Below, piece after piece: positions 18,366 to 27,914 of a stretch of 29,506 nucleotides of DNA. The number at the start of each line of letters is the position of its first letter. Position 1 is the stretch's first letter. This DNA comes from Thermoproteota archaeon (GTDB lineage Archaea > Thermoproteota > Thermoprotei > Gearchaeales > Gearchaeaceae). A program made the position numbers and the translations under genes. Location of the stretch: positions 1-29,506 of the forward strand of contig JAVVGF010000008.1 of assembly GCA_032249235.1 (NCBI GenBank), written 5' to 3'. A model generated the notes under the pieces. It had not been told where the DNA came from. It saw only the letters and a program-made list of their open reading frames with translations, and searched no databases.

Positions 18366-19166
18366 TTAGTCGATTATTTTGTATCTAACTTCATTATCCT
18401 CTAAATATGCTTCTATGAATTTCCCATCGCCTAAATCATTCCAATTTTCATCATCGATAGGTTCAGATGATATTATAAACTTTTCTTTATCAGCTTTAAA
18501 ACACATTTTATAATATTCTCTATCTTTATCTTTTACTGACACTTTATATTTTGAATTATATCTATTATATGCATAAATTCTATTTTTATAACTTATAATA
18601 ACGTTTAAAGATGAGAAAGGATATTGTTTGTTTGTTTTAATTTCTTTGAAGACTTTATTAATGAATTCTTCAGTCTTTTTTAATGAAGTATATACATCAT
18701 TATACTCTTTAAAATATTTTAAGAATAATAAAAAGTATGCTTCGCTATCGTTTAGACTTCTAGGTTTTATTTCAAAATCAAATAATCTATCTAGTATTTC
18801 ATCAGGTATAGTTATACTTCCATTATGTGCAAAGGCTATATCGCTATAGTAGAATGGTTGTGTTGCTTCCAAATTGATTAATAAGCCTTTTTCTATATTT
18901 CTAGGATTGCTTGCAAGTCTTATGAAGAAAATAAATTGCTTAGTTTTAATTTGCTTGATCAAACTTTGAGCAATGTCGACTGATTCTGTTAAAGGCTTCG
19001 TTGATTTTGCTATGAATGTTATCTTGCCGTTCTCTATATTACATAAGCCCCAACCATCTTCATGCTTCTCATATTCAGCTTGCCTTAAAATGCAGTATTT
19101 TGCTTCAAAAATATAGGGATAAGGATCTAAAGGTTTGCTAGCTAATATTCCAAGTAATCTGCACAT
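18366..19166 (-). CDS. Class II glutamine amidotransferase (YafJ/EgtC-like Ntn hydrolase)
   Basis: N-terminal MCRLLG, HEDGWG, TQPF, FAHNG, DSE, SSEP. Confidence 0.88.
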   Translation of the reverse strand: MCRLLGILASKPLDPYPYIFEAKYCILRQAEYEKHEDGWGLCNIENGKITFIAKSTKPLTESVDIAQSLIKQIKTKQFIFFIRLASNPRNIEKGLLINLEATQPFYYSDIAFAHNGSITIPDEILDRLFDFEIKPRSLNDSEAYFLLFLKYFKEYNDVYTSLKKTEEFINKVFKEIKTNKQYPFSSLNVIISYKNRIYAYNRYNSKYKVSVKDKDREYYKMCFKADKEKFIISSEPIDDENWNDLGDGKFIEAYLEDNEVRYKIID

Positions 19167-19167
19167 A

Positions 19168-19998
19168 TCACTTTTTCTTATAATAATATTCTTTTAGCAT
19201 AATTGTATCTTCCTCAAGATTGGGCGATTCGCATATTAAAACTCCTAAAACTTTATAATCCTTCAAAACATCTAATGCTTCTTTCCAATTCATATCAGAT
19301 TCATTTAAATTCAAATGTGTTCCAGCTTTATCAAGCTTTATTCCAGAAATATGTATGTGCATCTCTTTTAATGCCTCTTTACCTAAGCTGTCTTCAATTC
19401 TATTCATGATTTCCTCAAAATTTTCTCTGCTATTCCATTTATTTCTATATCTTAAATGAGCGAAATCTACACAAGGCAAGACGTAATCCAAACCTTCGCA
19501 TACGCTTAGAACTTCATCTAGATCTCCAAACTTAGCTTTTCCCTCCATCGTTTCAGGTCTAACCCATACTTCATATCCTTCCTCTTTTATTGAATTGCTA
19601 ATCTTTTTGAATGCATTTTTAACTCTTTCTAAAGCTTCTTCTTTAGTTGATTTTTGATACCAGCCAGGATGCACGCATACCGAATATCCACCTGCAAGAT
19701 GCAATGCTTTAGCACTTTCTAAAACCATTCGTATGCTATTTTTAAGCTTTGTTTCATCTATAGAATTCAAATTCACGTAATAAGGAGCGTGAGCAGTCAA
19801 GACAACTCCTAATTCCTTAGATAACTCTTTAGCTTTTAATGCTTGTTCCTCATTTAACTTTACTCCGTATACAAACTCTAATTCCATCGCATCTAGATTC
19901 AATTCTTTTACTGTTTGAATTCCAGAAAGTGTATCCTTTTTCTTAGCACTATGAGGTACTCCTGCAGGACCGAAATACAACTTCTCTGGTTTTTTCAT
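19168..19998 (-). CDS. nfo: Endonuclease IV (AP endonuclease family 2)
   Basis: FGPAG, AHAPYYVNL, VHPG, RPETMEG, CVDFAH, HIHISG, CESPNLEED. Confidence 0.88.
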   Translation of the reverse strand: MKKPEKLYFGPAGVPHSAKKKDTLSGIQTVKELNLDAMELEFVYGVKLNEEQALKAKELSKELGVVLTAHAPYYVNLNSIDETKLKNSIRMVLESAKALHLAGGYSVCVHPGWYQKSTKEEALERVKNAFKKISNSIKEEGYEVWVRPETMEGKAKFGDLDEVLSVCEGLDYVLPCVDFAHLRYRNKWNSRENFEEIMNRIEDSLGKEALKEMHIHISGIKLDKAGTHLNLNESDMNWKEALDVLKDYKVLGVLICESPNLEEDTIMLKEYYYKKK

Positions 19999-20038
19999 GT
20001 TAATAGATTATTAATTCTTTTAAACTCTATATTTTTTC

Positions 20039-21256
20039 CTAAGACGAAAATCCATAGTAGCTGATTTCTTCGTATTTCATATCTTCTATAACTAATCGGC
20101 GATAATGATTGTTGAGAAAGATCATTAACGGTATAGTAAAGGCTAGCAGAGCTGTGGAGAGAAATAAAGTGTTATAAATTCCTAGGCTTTCATATGCGAA
20201 TCCTACGGTTAATGTGCTTATGCTTGCAGCAATTGAGATGAGTAAATATGCAATTCCATATATTTTTTTGAATTCTTCTTTACCTATTCTTTGATATAGC
20301 GAAGTAAAAAAGAGCATAAGATATGAATTTGCAAAACCTGCCAAGGTATTTCCTATAGCAAATATCACTTTAGCATGCTCTTCGAGAATAATCGATAAGA
20401 TCATTGATGCCGGAAATAAACTATAGACAACAAAAACAAAAATCCAGAAGTAATTTCTGAGGATCAAGCCTGGTTTAGATAATAGCAGTACGCTTGCCAT
20501 CAATGAGCCTAATCCGAATATTAATAGAGAAATTGAATATCCTTCTTTAGAGTTATAAACGTAAAAGTTAGCTATAGGAGGAAGTAAAATATAAGCTATG
20601 TTTTCGCCTGCCGCTACCAAGAAATCTGCTAATAATAGCAATATTAACAGTTTCCTAAAGCTGTTTTCATATATTGCACTAGATCCATCAAATTGAATAT
20701 TGTTATCTAGCTTTATTCTATTGAAAAAGAAAAATGATAGAATGATTAACGCGAGTGTTAATACATAGGTTGGTAAGCTGATCCTTAATAACAAAATAGC
20801 ATAAATTGAGCCAAGTATCATAAATATTGAATAAGATAATTCATACATTAAATTAATAAACTCAACTTTTTTATCATCTATAAATATTACCGCATTATAT
20901 TTTAATATATTATGGATCATAAATACTGTTTCAAATACAATGAATAATATAAATATAAGTATTATACTTTCAATTGAATTATAGAAAATCATAAACAAAA
21001 TTATAAATACAAGAACTAAGTATGCTATGTTCATTAATTTTCTAAAATAAAGTCTAACGTTAACATAGTTAAGCAATAATAGAATAATTGCTAATACAAT
21101 GTTTTTTATAAGAATTAATATTGAAAGTAAAAATATACTATGAGTAGATTCATATACATACGTCATGAATGAAGCGAATATAAGCCAGAATGCACTAGAA
21201 ACACCGAAATCCATCAGTAATATGTTTAGTCTGCTTAAAGAGCGCATAATTCTCAC
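20039..21256 (-). CDS. Divergent MFS-like membrane protein
   Basis: About 12 hydrophobic segments in a 6+6 arrangement. Canonical motif A is not evident. Confidence 0.65.
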   Translation of the reverse strand: MRIMRSLSRLNILLMDFGVSSAFWLIFASFMTYVYESTHSIFLLSILILIKNIVLAIILLLLNYVNVRLYFRKLMNIAYLVLVFIILFMIFYNSIESIILIFILFIVFETVFMIHNILKYNAVIFIDDKKVEFINLMYELSYSIFMILGSIYAILLLRISLPTYVLTLALIILSFFFFNRIKLDNNIQFDGSSAIYENSFRKLLILLLLADFLVAAGENIAYILLPPIANFYVYNSKEGYSISLLIFGLGSLMASVLLLSKPGLILRNYFWIFVFVVYSLFPASMILSIILEEHAKVIFAIGNTLAGFANSYLMLFFTSLYQRIGKEEFKKIYGIAYLLISIAASISTLTVGFAYESLGIYNTLFLSTALLAFTIPLMIFLNNHYRRLVIEDMKYEEISYYGFSS

Positions 21257-21423
21257 CTCGAATGAAATATAGAAGGCAAAATTATATTGAGAACTATTTC
21301 ATATATAATTTTTGTTAAAACAATTTAATCATAAAAACCCTTATAATAAGTCACAATGAGAAAAGCGCTCTAACTACAATTGACTTTATCTTGAATTCGT
21401 TTCATAATTATAATTAATTTCAC

Positions 21424-22569
21424 TCAAATTCTCTTTTCTTTGTTATCTCCAAATCTTAAATAAAGAAAAGAAGTAGAGGCTCTACCAAGTACGGCAATTA
21501 AATATCCTATTCCTAAAGCGCTTGTAAGATCCATTCTTTCATTCAGATAATCTACTAAAGATGCACCTGAAAGAGATCCAATCATACCAGCGAGATTGTT
21601 GACCATATTAAATTCGGCTGAAAATCTACCTCTATATCCAGGAGGAACGAGATCGTAGAGATAAGCAGTATACGCTACGTTTATCAAAGCAGGAATCAAT
21701 CCTGTGAAAGCGTTAATTAAGTAAATATGGATAGGAGAAGATGCAAAATAAAATCCTATAGGGAATACTATTAAGCTAAATTTAGCTGCGAACATGCTCA
21801 GTCTCCTATTTTTATCTACAATCCTTCCTGCAATAGGTTGAAAGATTAGGACTGAAAAAGCACCGAGAGCTTGTGCTATCGCATATTCATAGGGTTTCAT
21901 TTTAAGTACGCGTACTTGTGTTATCGTGAAAAGTGGCCAAGCAAAACCCCAAAATATTCCGTATATGAAATTAACCAAATAATAATCTCGAATTGTTTTA
22001 ATATTCGAAGATTCTAAACTTTTTCTTTCTATCTTTATCTCAGGTGTATTTAAGAGAACCGTAGCAGATAGTAAAAACAAGATCCCTGAAATTATGAATG
22101 CTGGCGTAAACGAGTTAAATAGGTAAGATAATGGAATTGCTAACAACATAGCTATAATAGCTCCGATTTCAGCAATGAAGGCAAAGTTTGATAAAAATCT
22201 ACCTCTTCCATTTGGCTCAGATAATTCACCTATTAGAGCGTTCCAAGCACCTCCATAAACACCTTGAATAGCTACGATAGCTGTGAATAATAAGGATAAA
22301 ACTAAAGGGTCTTGGAAATAATACAAACTAATACAAAGCAATGCTAAAAAGCTGCTTGAAATTAAAATGATTCTTATTCTATTATTTTTCCTATCAACTA
22401 AATTACCTGTAAGTAATTGAGTTATCGAGTTGAAAATTCCTAAGCCTTGAACGTAGCCTACTAGCGTATTTGAACTGCTTATAGATGCTGCTACGTAGCT
22501 AAAATAAGGATTAGCAAAATTACCTGCAGTAGAATTTAGTAAGGTATGGGTTTTTATTTTCTTTAGCAT
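21424..22569 (-). CDS. Major facilitator superfamily transporter
   Basis: About 12 TM segments; GNLVDRKNNR, GRGRF, GRIVDKNRR, YRGRF repeats typical of MFS. Confidence 0.87.
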   Translation of the reverse strand: MLKKIKTHTLLNSTAGNFANPYFSYVAASISSSNTLVGYVQGLGIFNSITQLLTGNLVDRKNNRIRIILISSSFLALLCISLYYFQDPLVLSLLFTAIVAIQGVYGGAWNALIGELSEPNGRGRFLSNFAFIAEIGAIIAMLLAIPLSYLFNSFTPAFIISGILFLLSATVLLNTPEIKIERKSLESSNIKTIRDYYLVNFIYGIFWGFAWPLFTITQVRVLKMKPYEYAIAQALGAFSVLIFQPIAGRIVDKNRRLSMFAAKFSLIVFPIGFYFASSPIHIYLINAFTGLIPALINVAYTAYLYDLVPPGYRGRFSAEFNMVNNLAGMIGSLSGASLVDYLNERMDLTSALGIGYLIAVLGRASTSFLYLRFGDNKEKRI

Positions 22570-22595
22570 CTAGCTAAACTTAGTCATAAAGCATC

Positions 22596-22601
22596 TTTAA
22601 A
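22596..22601. promoter_or_regulatory. Putative bidirectional TATA box between the MFS gene and ssb
   Basis: TTTAAA about 26 nt from the ATG at 22569 and about 28 nt from the ATG at 22630. Confidence 0.45.
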
Positions 22602-22629
22602 TACTTTTAAGAATAAGATTTTTCCAAAG

Positions 22630-22935
22630 ATGGCTCTGTATAAGGTAAAAGACATAACAAGAGGAATGAATAACATTACTATAGTTTTGAAAATAACTTC
22701 TAAAAGTAAAGAACGTGTAGTGATGACTAAATATGGAGAAAGCAGAGTTGCAAATGCTGTAGGAGAAGATGAAACAGGTAAAATAAATCTCACATTATGG
22801 CGTGATCAAATTGATATGATTAAAGAAGGAGATGTAATACGCTTAGTTGGAGCTTTTGTAACTGAGTTCAGAGGTCAATTAAGCTTAAATGTTGGTAAAG
22901 GAGGCAAAATAGAAGTACTATCTAGTACAGATTAA
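22630..22935 (+). CDS. ssb: Crenarchaeal-type single-stranded DNA-binding protein (single OB fold)
   Basis: KVKDI...NITIVLKI...DETGKINLTLW...IKEGDVIRL...FRGQLSLNVG is the archaeal SSB/RPA OB-fold pattern. Confidence 0.85.
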   Translation: MALYKVKDITRGMNNITIVLKITSKSKERVVMTKYGESRVANAVGEDETGKINLTLWRDQIDMIKEGDVIRLVGAFVTEFRGQLSLNVGKGGKIEVLSSTD

Positions 22936-24806
22936 AACTTAAAGCTCGAAACTAAGCTAGATATTTCTTCATCAGAACTAACTTTCTTTAAATTTATCCT
23001 TGAGAATATAGGAAGAAATTTCAAAATTCTTTTATACCTATAATCTCCCAGTATAAAAACAGCTTTATCTTCAGGCGATCTAGTAGCTCTGCCTAATACA
23101 TGTGATGCTCTTCTAATTGCAGGAAGGACATAAGAATAAAAAATGCCTTTTCTTCTACCATGTTCTTTAACATAATAATGCATCAATAATTTTGTTTTAG
23201 AAGTTAATCTATCAAAAGGTATCCCTACAAGGAAAATTCCTTCTAATTCCTTTCCTGGAAAGTCTGCTCCTTCTGCAAATCTACCTGTTGCACTAGCGAT
23301 CAATACTCCTTTTTGACTTTTTGAACTCTTTTTGAATTCTTCAAGAATCATTCTGGCTTCATCTCCTTGAATATCTTGTCTTTCTAAAAAATGTCTTCTT
23401 TTATACTTAGCAACTAAATCTAATAAGCCATATTTGATGAGCTTTTCTTGTATTCTATAGCTAGCTGAAAATATTGCAATATTTTCATTTATTGAGCTTA
23501 GGAAGGATTCTATTGCACTTAAGTATTTTTTAGCCATTTCATCGCTCAAATCCTCACCTTTTGTTGTTAAGTGTTCTGTAATTATCGTGAGAAAGTTCTC
23601 CTTGTTGTATTTATAATCAATTTTCTTTGAAGCATAACTTTTCAAACCTATTATATCTGCGAAGGATTTCGCTGGCCCAATCGTTCCTGAGCAAAATACT
23701 ACGCGATAGAATTTGTTCCATATATTTGAGTAAATTTCCTTTGTTCGCATATCAAAGATTTCTATCGAAATATTTGAATTGTCTTTCAAATTTGCTATCA
23801 GCTTAACACCTTCAATGCCAGATTTTTCAATTGCGTCTTCTAAGAATTCACCTAATCTATAAAGACTTGAACGTGGTGCTTTATTTTCTTTCATCCTTCT
23901 TAACCTTATTTTTAAGCCAACTTCAAGCATTTTGTTTTCTATTCCTTCATATTTTTCATATTCGCAAAATTCTAGCATTCTTTTAAGACTTAAAGGTATA
24001 TCTTCTTTATTATTCTCTTTTAAATATAATAAAATTTTTATCATGTATTTCTCAAATTTATTTAGAAATTCTAAAAAAGATCTGTCCAAATTGAACTCAT
24101 TTACTTCATTTATAGCATTTCTTACTGTTCCTAAAGTAATCTCCTTCATATTCAAATTTCTGATTAAAAATTGAAGATTATGAGCTTCATCTATAACTAA
24201 TATTGAATTATTGAAGTTAATTCTATTTCTTAATGTCCAACTTATATTTTCGTTAAATATATAATTGTAATTAACTGAGATGACTTCTGAATCATAAATT
24301 TGGGATAATTGATAATAATATGGACATATTTCATTTTTTTCAGCAAATTTCAATACCTCTGAATATAGTAAAGGTTTATCTTGATAAGGGACTTTCGAGT
24401 CATAAAGCCTTTTGTAGTATAAACATTCGTTGTTTTTAATTTTTCTTTTGCAAAAGAAAGAGACTTCTTCATAATCTACATCTTCGCTTAATTCTCTTCT
24501 CAAAAGACACATATCTTTTTTCCCTCTTATCGAAATCCCCATAATTTTGTTCTTTGTGGTTTCATTGATTATTTTCAATTCTTCAATAGGTCTATCCGTT
24601 TCTGGCCCTGTTCTTACTGCCCAAATTATTTTCTTATCTCTTTTTCTTGCAAAAGGAATTAGAGCTGCAAGTATAACAGAGGTCTTTCCAAAGCCAGTTG
24701 GTGCTTCGATAATTAAATCGTTTTTCTCGATGTTTTTTTGAATGAAATCGATGAGCTCTAATTGTTTATCTCTTGGTGAATATGGAAAGAATGAGTATTC
24801 TACCAC
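22932..24806 (-). CDS. xpd: XPD/Rad3/DinG-family Fe-S DNA helicase
   Basis: Q motif (PRDKQ), Walker A APTGFGKT, four Fe-S Cys (DMCL, FFCK, NECL, ICPYY), IDEAHNL, CSGT, EGADF, GRATRS. Confidence 0.88.
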   Translation of the reverse strand: MVEYSFFPYSPRDKQLELIDFIQKNIEKNDLIIEAPTGFGKTSVILAALIPFARKRDKKIIWAVRTGPETDRPIEELKIINETTKNKIMGISIRGKKDMCLLRRELSEDVDYEEVSFFCKRKIKNNECLYYKRLYDSKVPYQDKPLLYSEVLKFAEKNEICPYYYQLSQIYDSEVISVNYNYIFNENISWTLRNRINFNNSILVIDEAHNLQFLIRNLNMKEITLGTVRNAINEVNEFNLDRSFLEFLNKFEKYMIKILLYLKENNKEDIPLSLKRMLEFCEYEKYEGIENKMLEVGLKIRLRRMKENKAPRSSLYRLGEFLEDAIEKSGIEGVKLIANLKDNSNISIEIFDMRTKEIYSNIWNKFYRVVFCSGTIGPAKSFADIIGLKSYASKKIDYKYNKENFLTIITEHLTTKGEDLSDEMAKKYLSAIESFLSSINENIAIFSASYRIQEKLIKYGLLDLVAKYKRRHFLERQDIQGDEARMILEEFKKSSKSQKGVLIASATGRFAEGADFPGKELEGIFLVGIPFDRLTSKTKLLMHYYVKEHGRRKGIFYSYVLPAIRRASHVLGRATRSPEDKAVFILGDYRYKRILKFLPIFSRINLKKVSSDEEISSLVSSFKF

Positions 24807-25051
24807 AACTTAAAATAAATTCTATAAGATTTTAGTCTATCTCATGAGTGAGGAAAGTTCTCCTTGGAATAAAAATACTTAAAATTTAACGATACAATTC
24901 TTTTATTAATATTGCTGTGAAATTTACTTATCGTTTTCATAATTAATTACTAAAAGAATCCAAACCCTAATAAAATTTAAATAAATCTGTTAGAAAGCGC
25001 ATATCGTTAATTACTCAGATAAGATTTAAGAACGATCGATGATATTATTTT

Positions 25052-26449
25052 GTGGATATTATAAAAAGGCTCTCTAAAATTTTAGATAAAGATTCATTAT
25101 TAACCAAAAAAGAAGAACTCATTCCTTATTCGAGAGATGCATCTTATTTTAAAGGATCTTTACCCATGGCTGTAGTAATTCCTAATAATGTTATGCAACT
25201 ATCGGAGATAATGAAAATTTGTTATGAAGAAGAAGTTCCAGTATATGTGAGAGGTGCAGGTTCTTCACTAACAGGTTCTTCAGTTCCTTTTGAAGGTAGC
25301 ATTGTAATAAGCATGCTTAAGTTTGATAAGATACTTGAACTTGATATTGTAAGTAGATATGTAATAGCAGAAGCTGGCGTTAGACTTGAAAATCTAAATG
25401 CTTATTTAAGTAAATACGGCTATTTTTATCCTCCTGACCCTGCAAGTTCAATAGCTTCAACAGTAGGAGGAACATTATCTACGAATGCAGGAGGATTGAG
25501 AGCTGTGATGTATGGAGCTACTAAAGAATGGGTTTTAGGAATGGAAGTTGTTTTGCCTAATGGAACAATAACTCAGTTTGGAGGAAAAGTATTGAAGAGA
25601 TCATTGGGATATGATTTGACTGCTTTAATGATAGGAAGCGAAGGAACATTAGCTATAATTACAAAAGCTATATTGAAAATTGCGCCTAAGCCAAAGCTTG
25701 TTGGTCGAATTCTAGCGTATTATGATTCGATTGAAAAAGCAGGTGAAGCTGTAGCAAAAATAAAAGAAGAAGGCTTCACTCCCTTGATAGCTGAATTCTT
25801 AGATAGAGTTGCTATGGAATCGATAAAGAAGGCAAAAGGCATAACATATCCTGAAAATGCGAATGTTATGCTAATAATAGATTTGGTTTCTTATGAAGAG
25901 AAGTCATTAAATGCTCAATTAGAATATGTTAGTCAAATTCTATCTTCCTTCAGTCCTATCCAAATTAAAGTAACCACAGATCCTTTAGAAATGGAAAGAA
26001 TATACCTTGCAAGGAAAGGAGTGTTTTCTTCTCTCTTGCTTGAAAAAGAAAGACCAGATCAATATATGATAACTGGCGATATCGTTGTACCTCCTTCTAA
26101 GTTACCGCAAACTTTAAGAGAAATTGAAGAGTGTAATAAAAATTTCGGTTACAAAATGTCTTTGTTAGGGCATATAGGCGATGGCAACATTCACATACTA
26201 ATCTTCACAGATCCTTCAGATGAAAAAGAAATTAAGAAAGCAGAAGATTTCTTGCTTGAAACAGGGAAAATAGCTTTGAAGTATGGAGGAAGTGTTTCTG
26301 CTGAGCATGGAATAGGTCTTGAGAAAAAGAAGCTTTTGCTTCAGGAATTCCAATACAAGAATTCAACAATCAATATAGAACTAATGAAGCAAATTAAGAA
26401 GGTTTTTGATCCTAAAAATATACTAAATAGGGGTAAGCTATTTGATTGA
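25052..26449 (+). CDS. glcD: FAD-linked 2-hydroxyacid dehydrogenase (GlcD/D-lactate dehydrogenase family)
   Basis: RGAGSSLTG, YPPDPAS, STNAGG, GSEGTL, GHIGDGNIH, SAEHGIG, DPKNILNRGK. Confidence 0.88.
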   Translation: MDIIKRLSKILDKDSLLTKKEELIPYSRDASYFKGSLPMAVVIPNNVMQLSEIMKICYEEEVPVYVRGAGSSLTGSSVPFEGSIVISMLKFDKILELDIVSRYVIAEAGVRLENLNAYLSKYGYFYPPDPASSIASTVGGTLSTNAGGLRAVMYGATKEWVLGMEVVLPNGTITQFGGKVLKRSLGYDLTALMIGSEGTLAIITKAILKIAPKPKLVGRILAYYDSIEKAGEAVAKIKEEGFTPLIAEFLDRVAMESIKKAKGITYPENANVMLIIDLVSYEEKSLNAQLEYVSQILSSFSPIQIKVTTDPLEMERIYLARKGVFSSLLLEKERPDQYMITGDIVVPPSKLPQTLREIEECNKNFGYKMSLLGHIGDGNIHILIFTDPSDEKEIKKAEDFLLETGKIALKYGGSVSAEHGIGLEKKKLLLQEFQYKNSTINIELMKQIKKVFDPKNILNRGKLFD

Positions 26450-27671
26450 ATTATTTGAAGAAATAGAAAGAGAAGCGAGTAAATGCATAAATTGTGGTTT
26501 CTGCGATTCTGTTTGCCCTACATTACCTGCTTCAGGATATAAGGGTCATATTAGTGCAAGAGGTAGGGTAAATTTAGCAAATAATTTAATAAAGGAAATA
26601 AAGAGCAAAGGTAAAATTGAGTTAAGCATAGATGAATCTTATTATTCTTGTTTACTTTGTTATGCATGTCAAGAAGTTTGCCCTGTTAGTATAAATGCAG
26701 GGAAGATAAGCGAGCTGGGAAGAAGATTGATAGTAAAGCATGCAAAGAATCAACAAAATAAGATCGCTAAACTCATCACTAAAAACATAATCAAGTATAA
26801 GGATCCCTTAGGATTAACGCATGAATGTTCAAATTGGGCTAAGAATATATCCTTTAGTAAGAATAGCAAAAACTTGCTCTACACAGGCCATATGTATCAA
26901 TTGATGGCTTATAGTAAAGTAATTGAGGAATCGATTTTAAAAAGAAAAAACATATTGAATATATTATTAGGCTTAGTTAGTAGAATGCCTTTTTTAATCA
27001 AGTTCTCTAAGTACTTTTATGATGAAGATGTCAAGTATGAAATGGAAAATGCTTTGAAAAACATTGTGAAGTTGCTAAAAATCAATGGTATAGATTTCAG
27101 GTATGAACCCGATGAACCATATCCGGGAACTCTTTTACTCGAATTAGGTTATGAAGAAGAATTCGCTGAATATGCTAAAGAAGTGACTAATTATTTCAAA
27201 GAAAAAGGAATTGAAAGAATCATAGTTATAGATCCTCATACATTTGAAATTTTAAAAATACATTATCCTAAATATGTTAGTGATTTTAATTTTGAAGTAA
27301 TTTATTATCTTGATTTGTTGGATTTTGGGAAGTTTAATAAAATAGAAGAAGAAGTAACATACCATGAACCTTGTCATTTCGTAAGGAGATTAAATTACAC
27401 GAAACCTTTTAGCTTATTGAATAACATTGCAAAAATGACTTTACCAGCTCATAGCGGAAGAAATACTCTTTGTTGCGGAGGCCCAGTTGCATTATTTTAC
27501 AAAGAAATTTCTGATGAAATAGCAGAGAGAAGACATAAAGAGCTTGAAGAAACTAAAGCAAGTTATATAATTACAGCTTGTCCTATTTGTTTTGTGAATT
27601 TATATAAAAGCAAAAATGTAATAGATTTATCAAACTTTTTAAATTTGACTATAAAAAATGATAAATTATAA
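26442..27671 (+). CDS. glcF: Fe-S oxidoreductase subunit (GlcF/HdrD-like, CCG family)
   Basis: Two CxxCxxCxxxCP motifs plus HEPCH, CCGG and ACPIC. Overlaps the glcD stop. Confidence 0.82.
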   Translation: MIELFEEIEREASKCINCGFCDSVCPTLPASGYKGHISARGRVNLANNLIKEIKSKGKIELSIDESYYSCLLCYACQEVCPVSINAGKISELGRRLIVKHAKNQQNKIAKLITKNIIKYKDPLGLTHECSNWAKNISFSKNSKNLLYTGHMYQLMAYSKVIEESILKRKNILNILLGLVSRMPFLIKFSKYFYDEDVKYEMENALKNIVKLLKINGIDFRYEPDEPYPGTLLLELGYEEEFAEYAKEVTNYFKEKGIERIIVIDPHTFEILKIHYPKYVSDFNFEVIYYLDLLDFGKFNKIEEEVTYHEPCHFVRRLNYTKPFSLLNNIAKMTLPAHSGRNTLCCGGPVALFYKEISDEIAERRHKELEETKASYIITACPICFVNLYKSKNVIDLSNFLNLTIKNDKL

Positions 27672-27914
27672 CTGAACTTATTCTTATATAGCTTAGAATA
27701 TTAGAAATATAATTAATTTTAAATTAATATGTTGTGAAAGATAAATCTGATACTACTGACAGGACAGCTTTTTAACATATTAATAATTGAGATGTGAGAA
27801 TTAGCATTGATTTTGAAGTTTTATTAACAAATTCCTCGAATAATTTTAATACGTTATCTCACTATACCTGCTATATTTTCGATATTTATGTAAAATGTTA
27901 AAAAATTGAATTTT

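Noticed and set aside
24845-24883. GAGGAAAGTTC resembling the RNase P RNA P4 motif; also a 12-codon mini-ORF (MSEESSPWNKNT)
   Set aside because: The flanks are very AT-rich with no GC-rich helices or 3' P4 partner. The ORF is too short to support.
27725-27775. Possible C/D-box sRNA (CTGA motifs in the intergenic gap)
   Set aside because: No convincing RUGAUGA C box or terminal stem.
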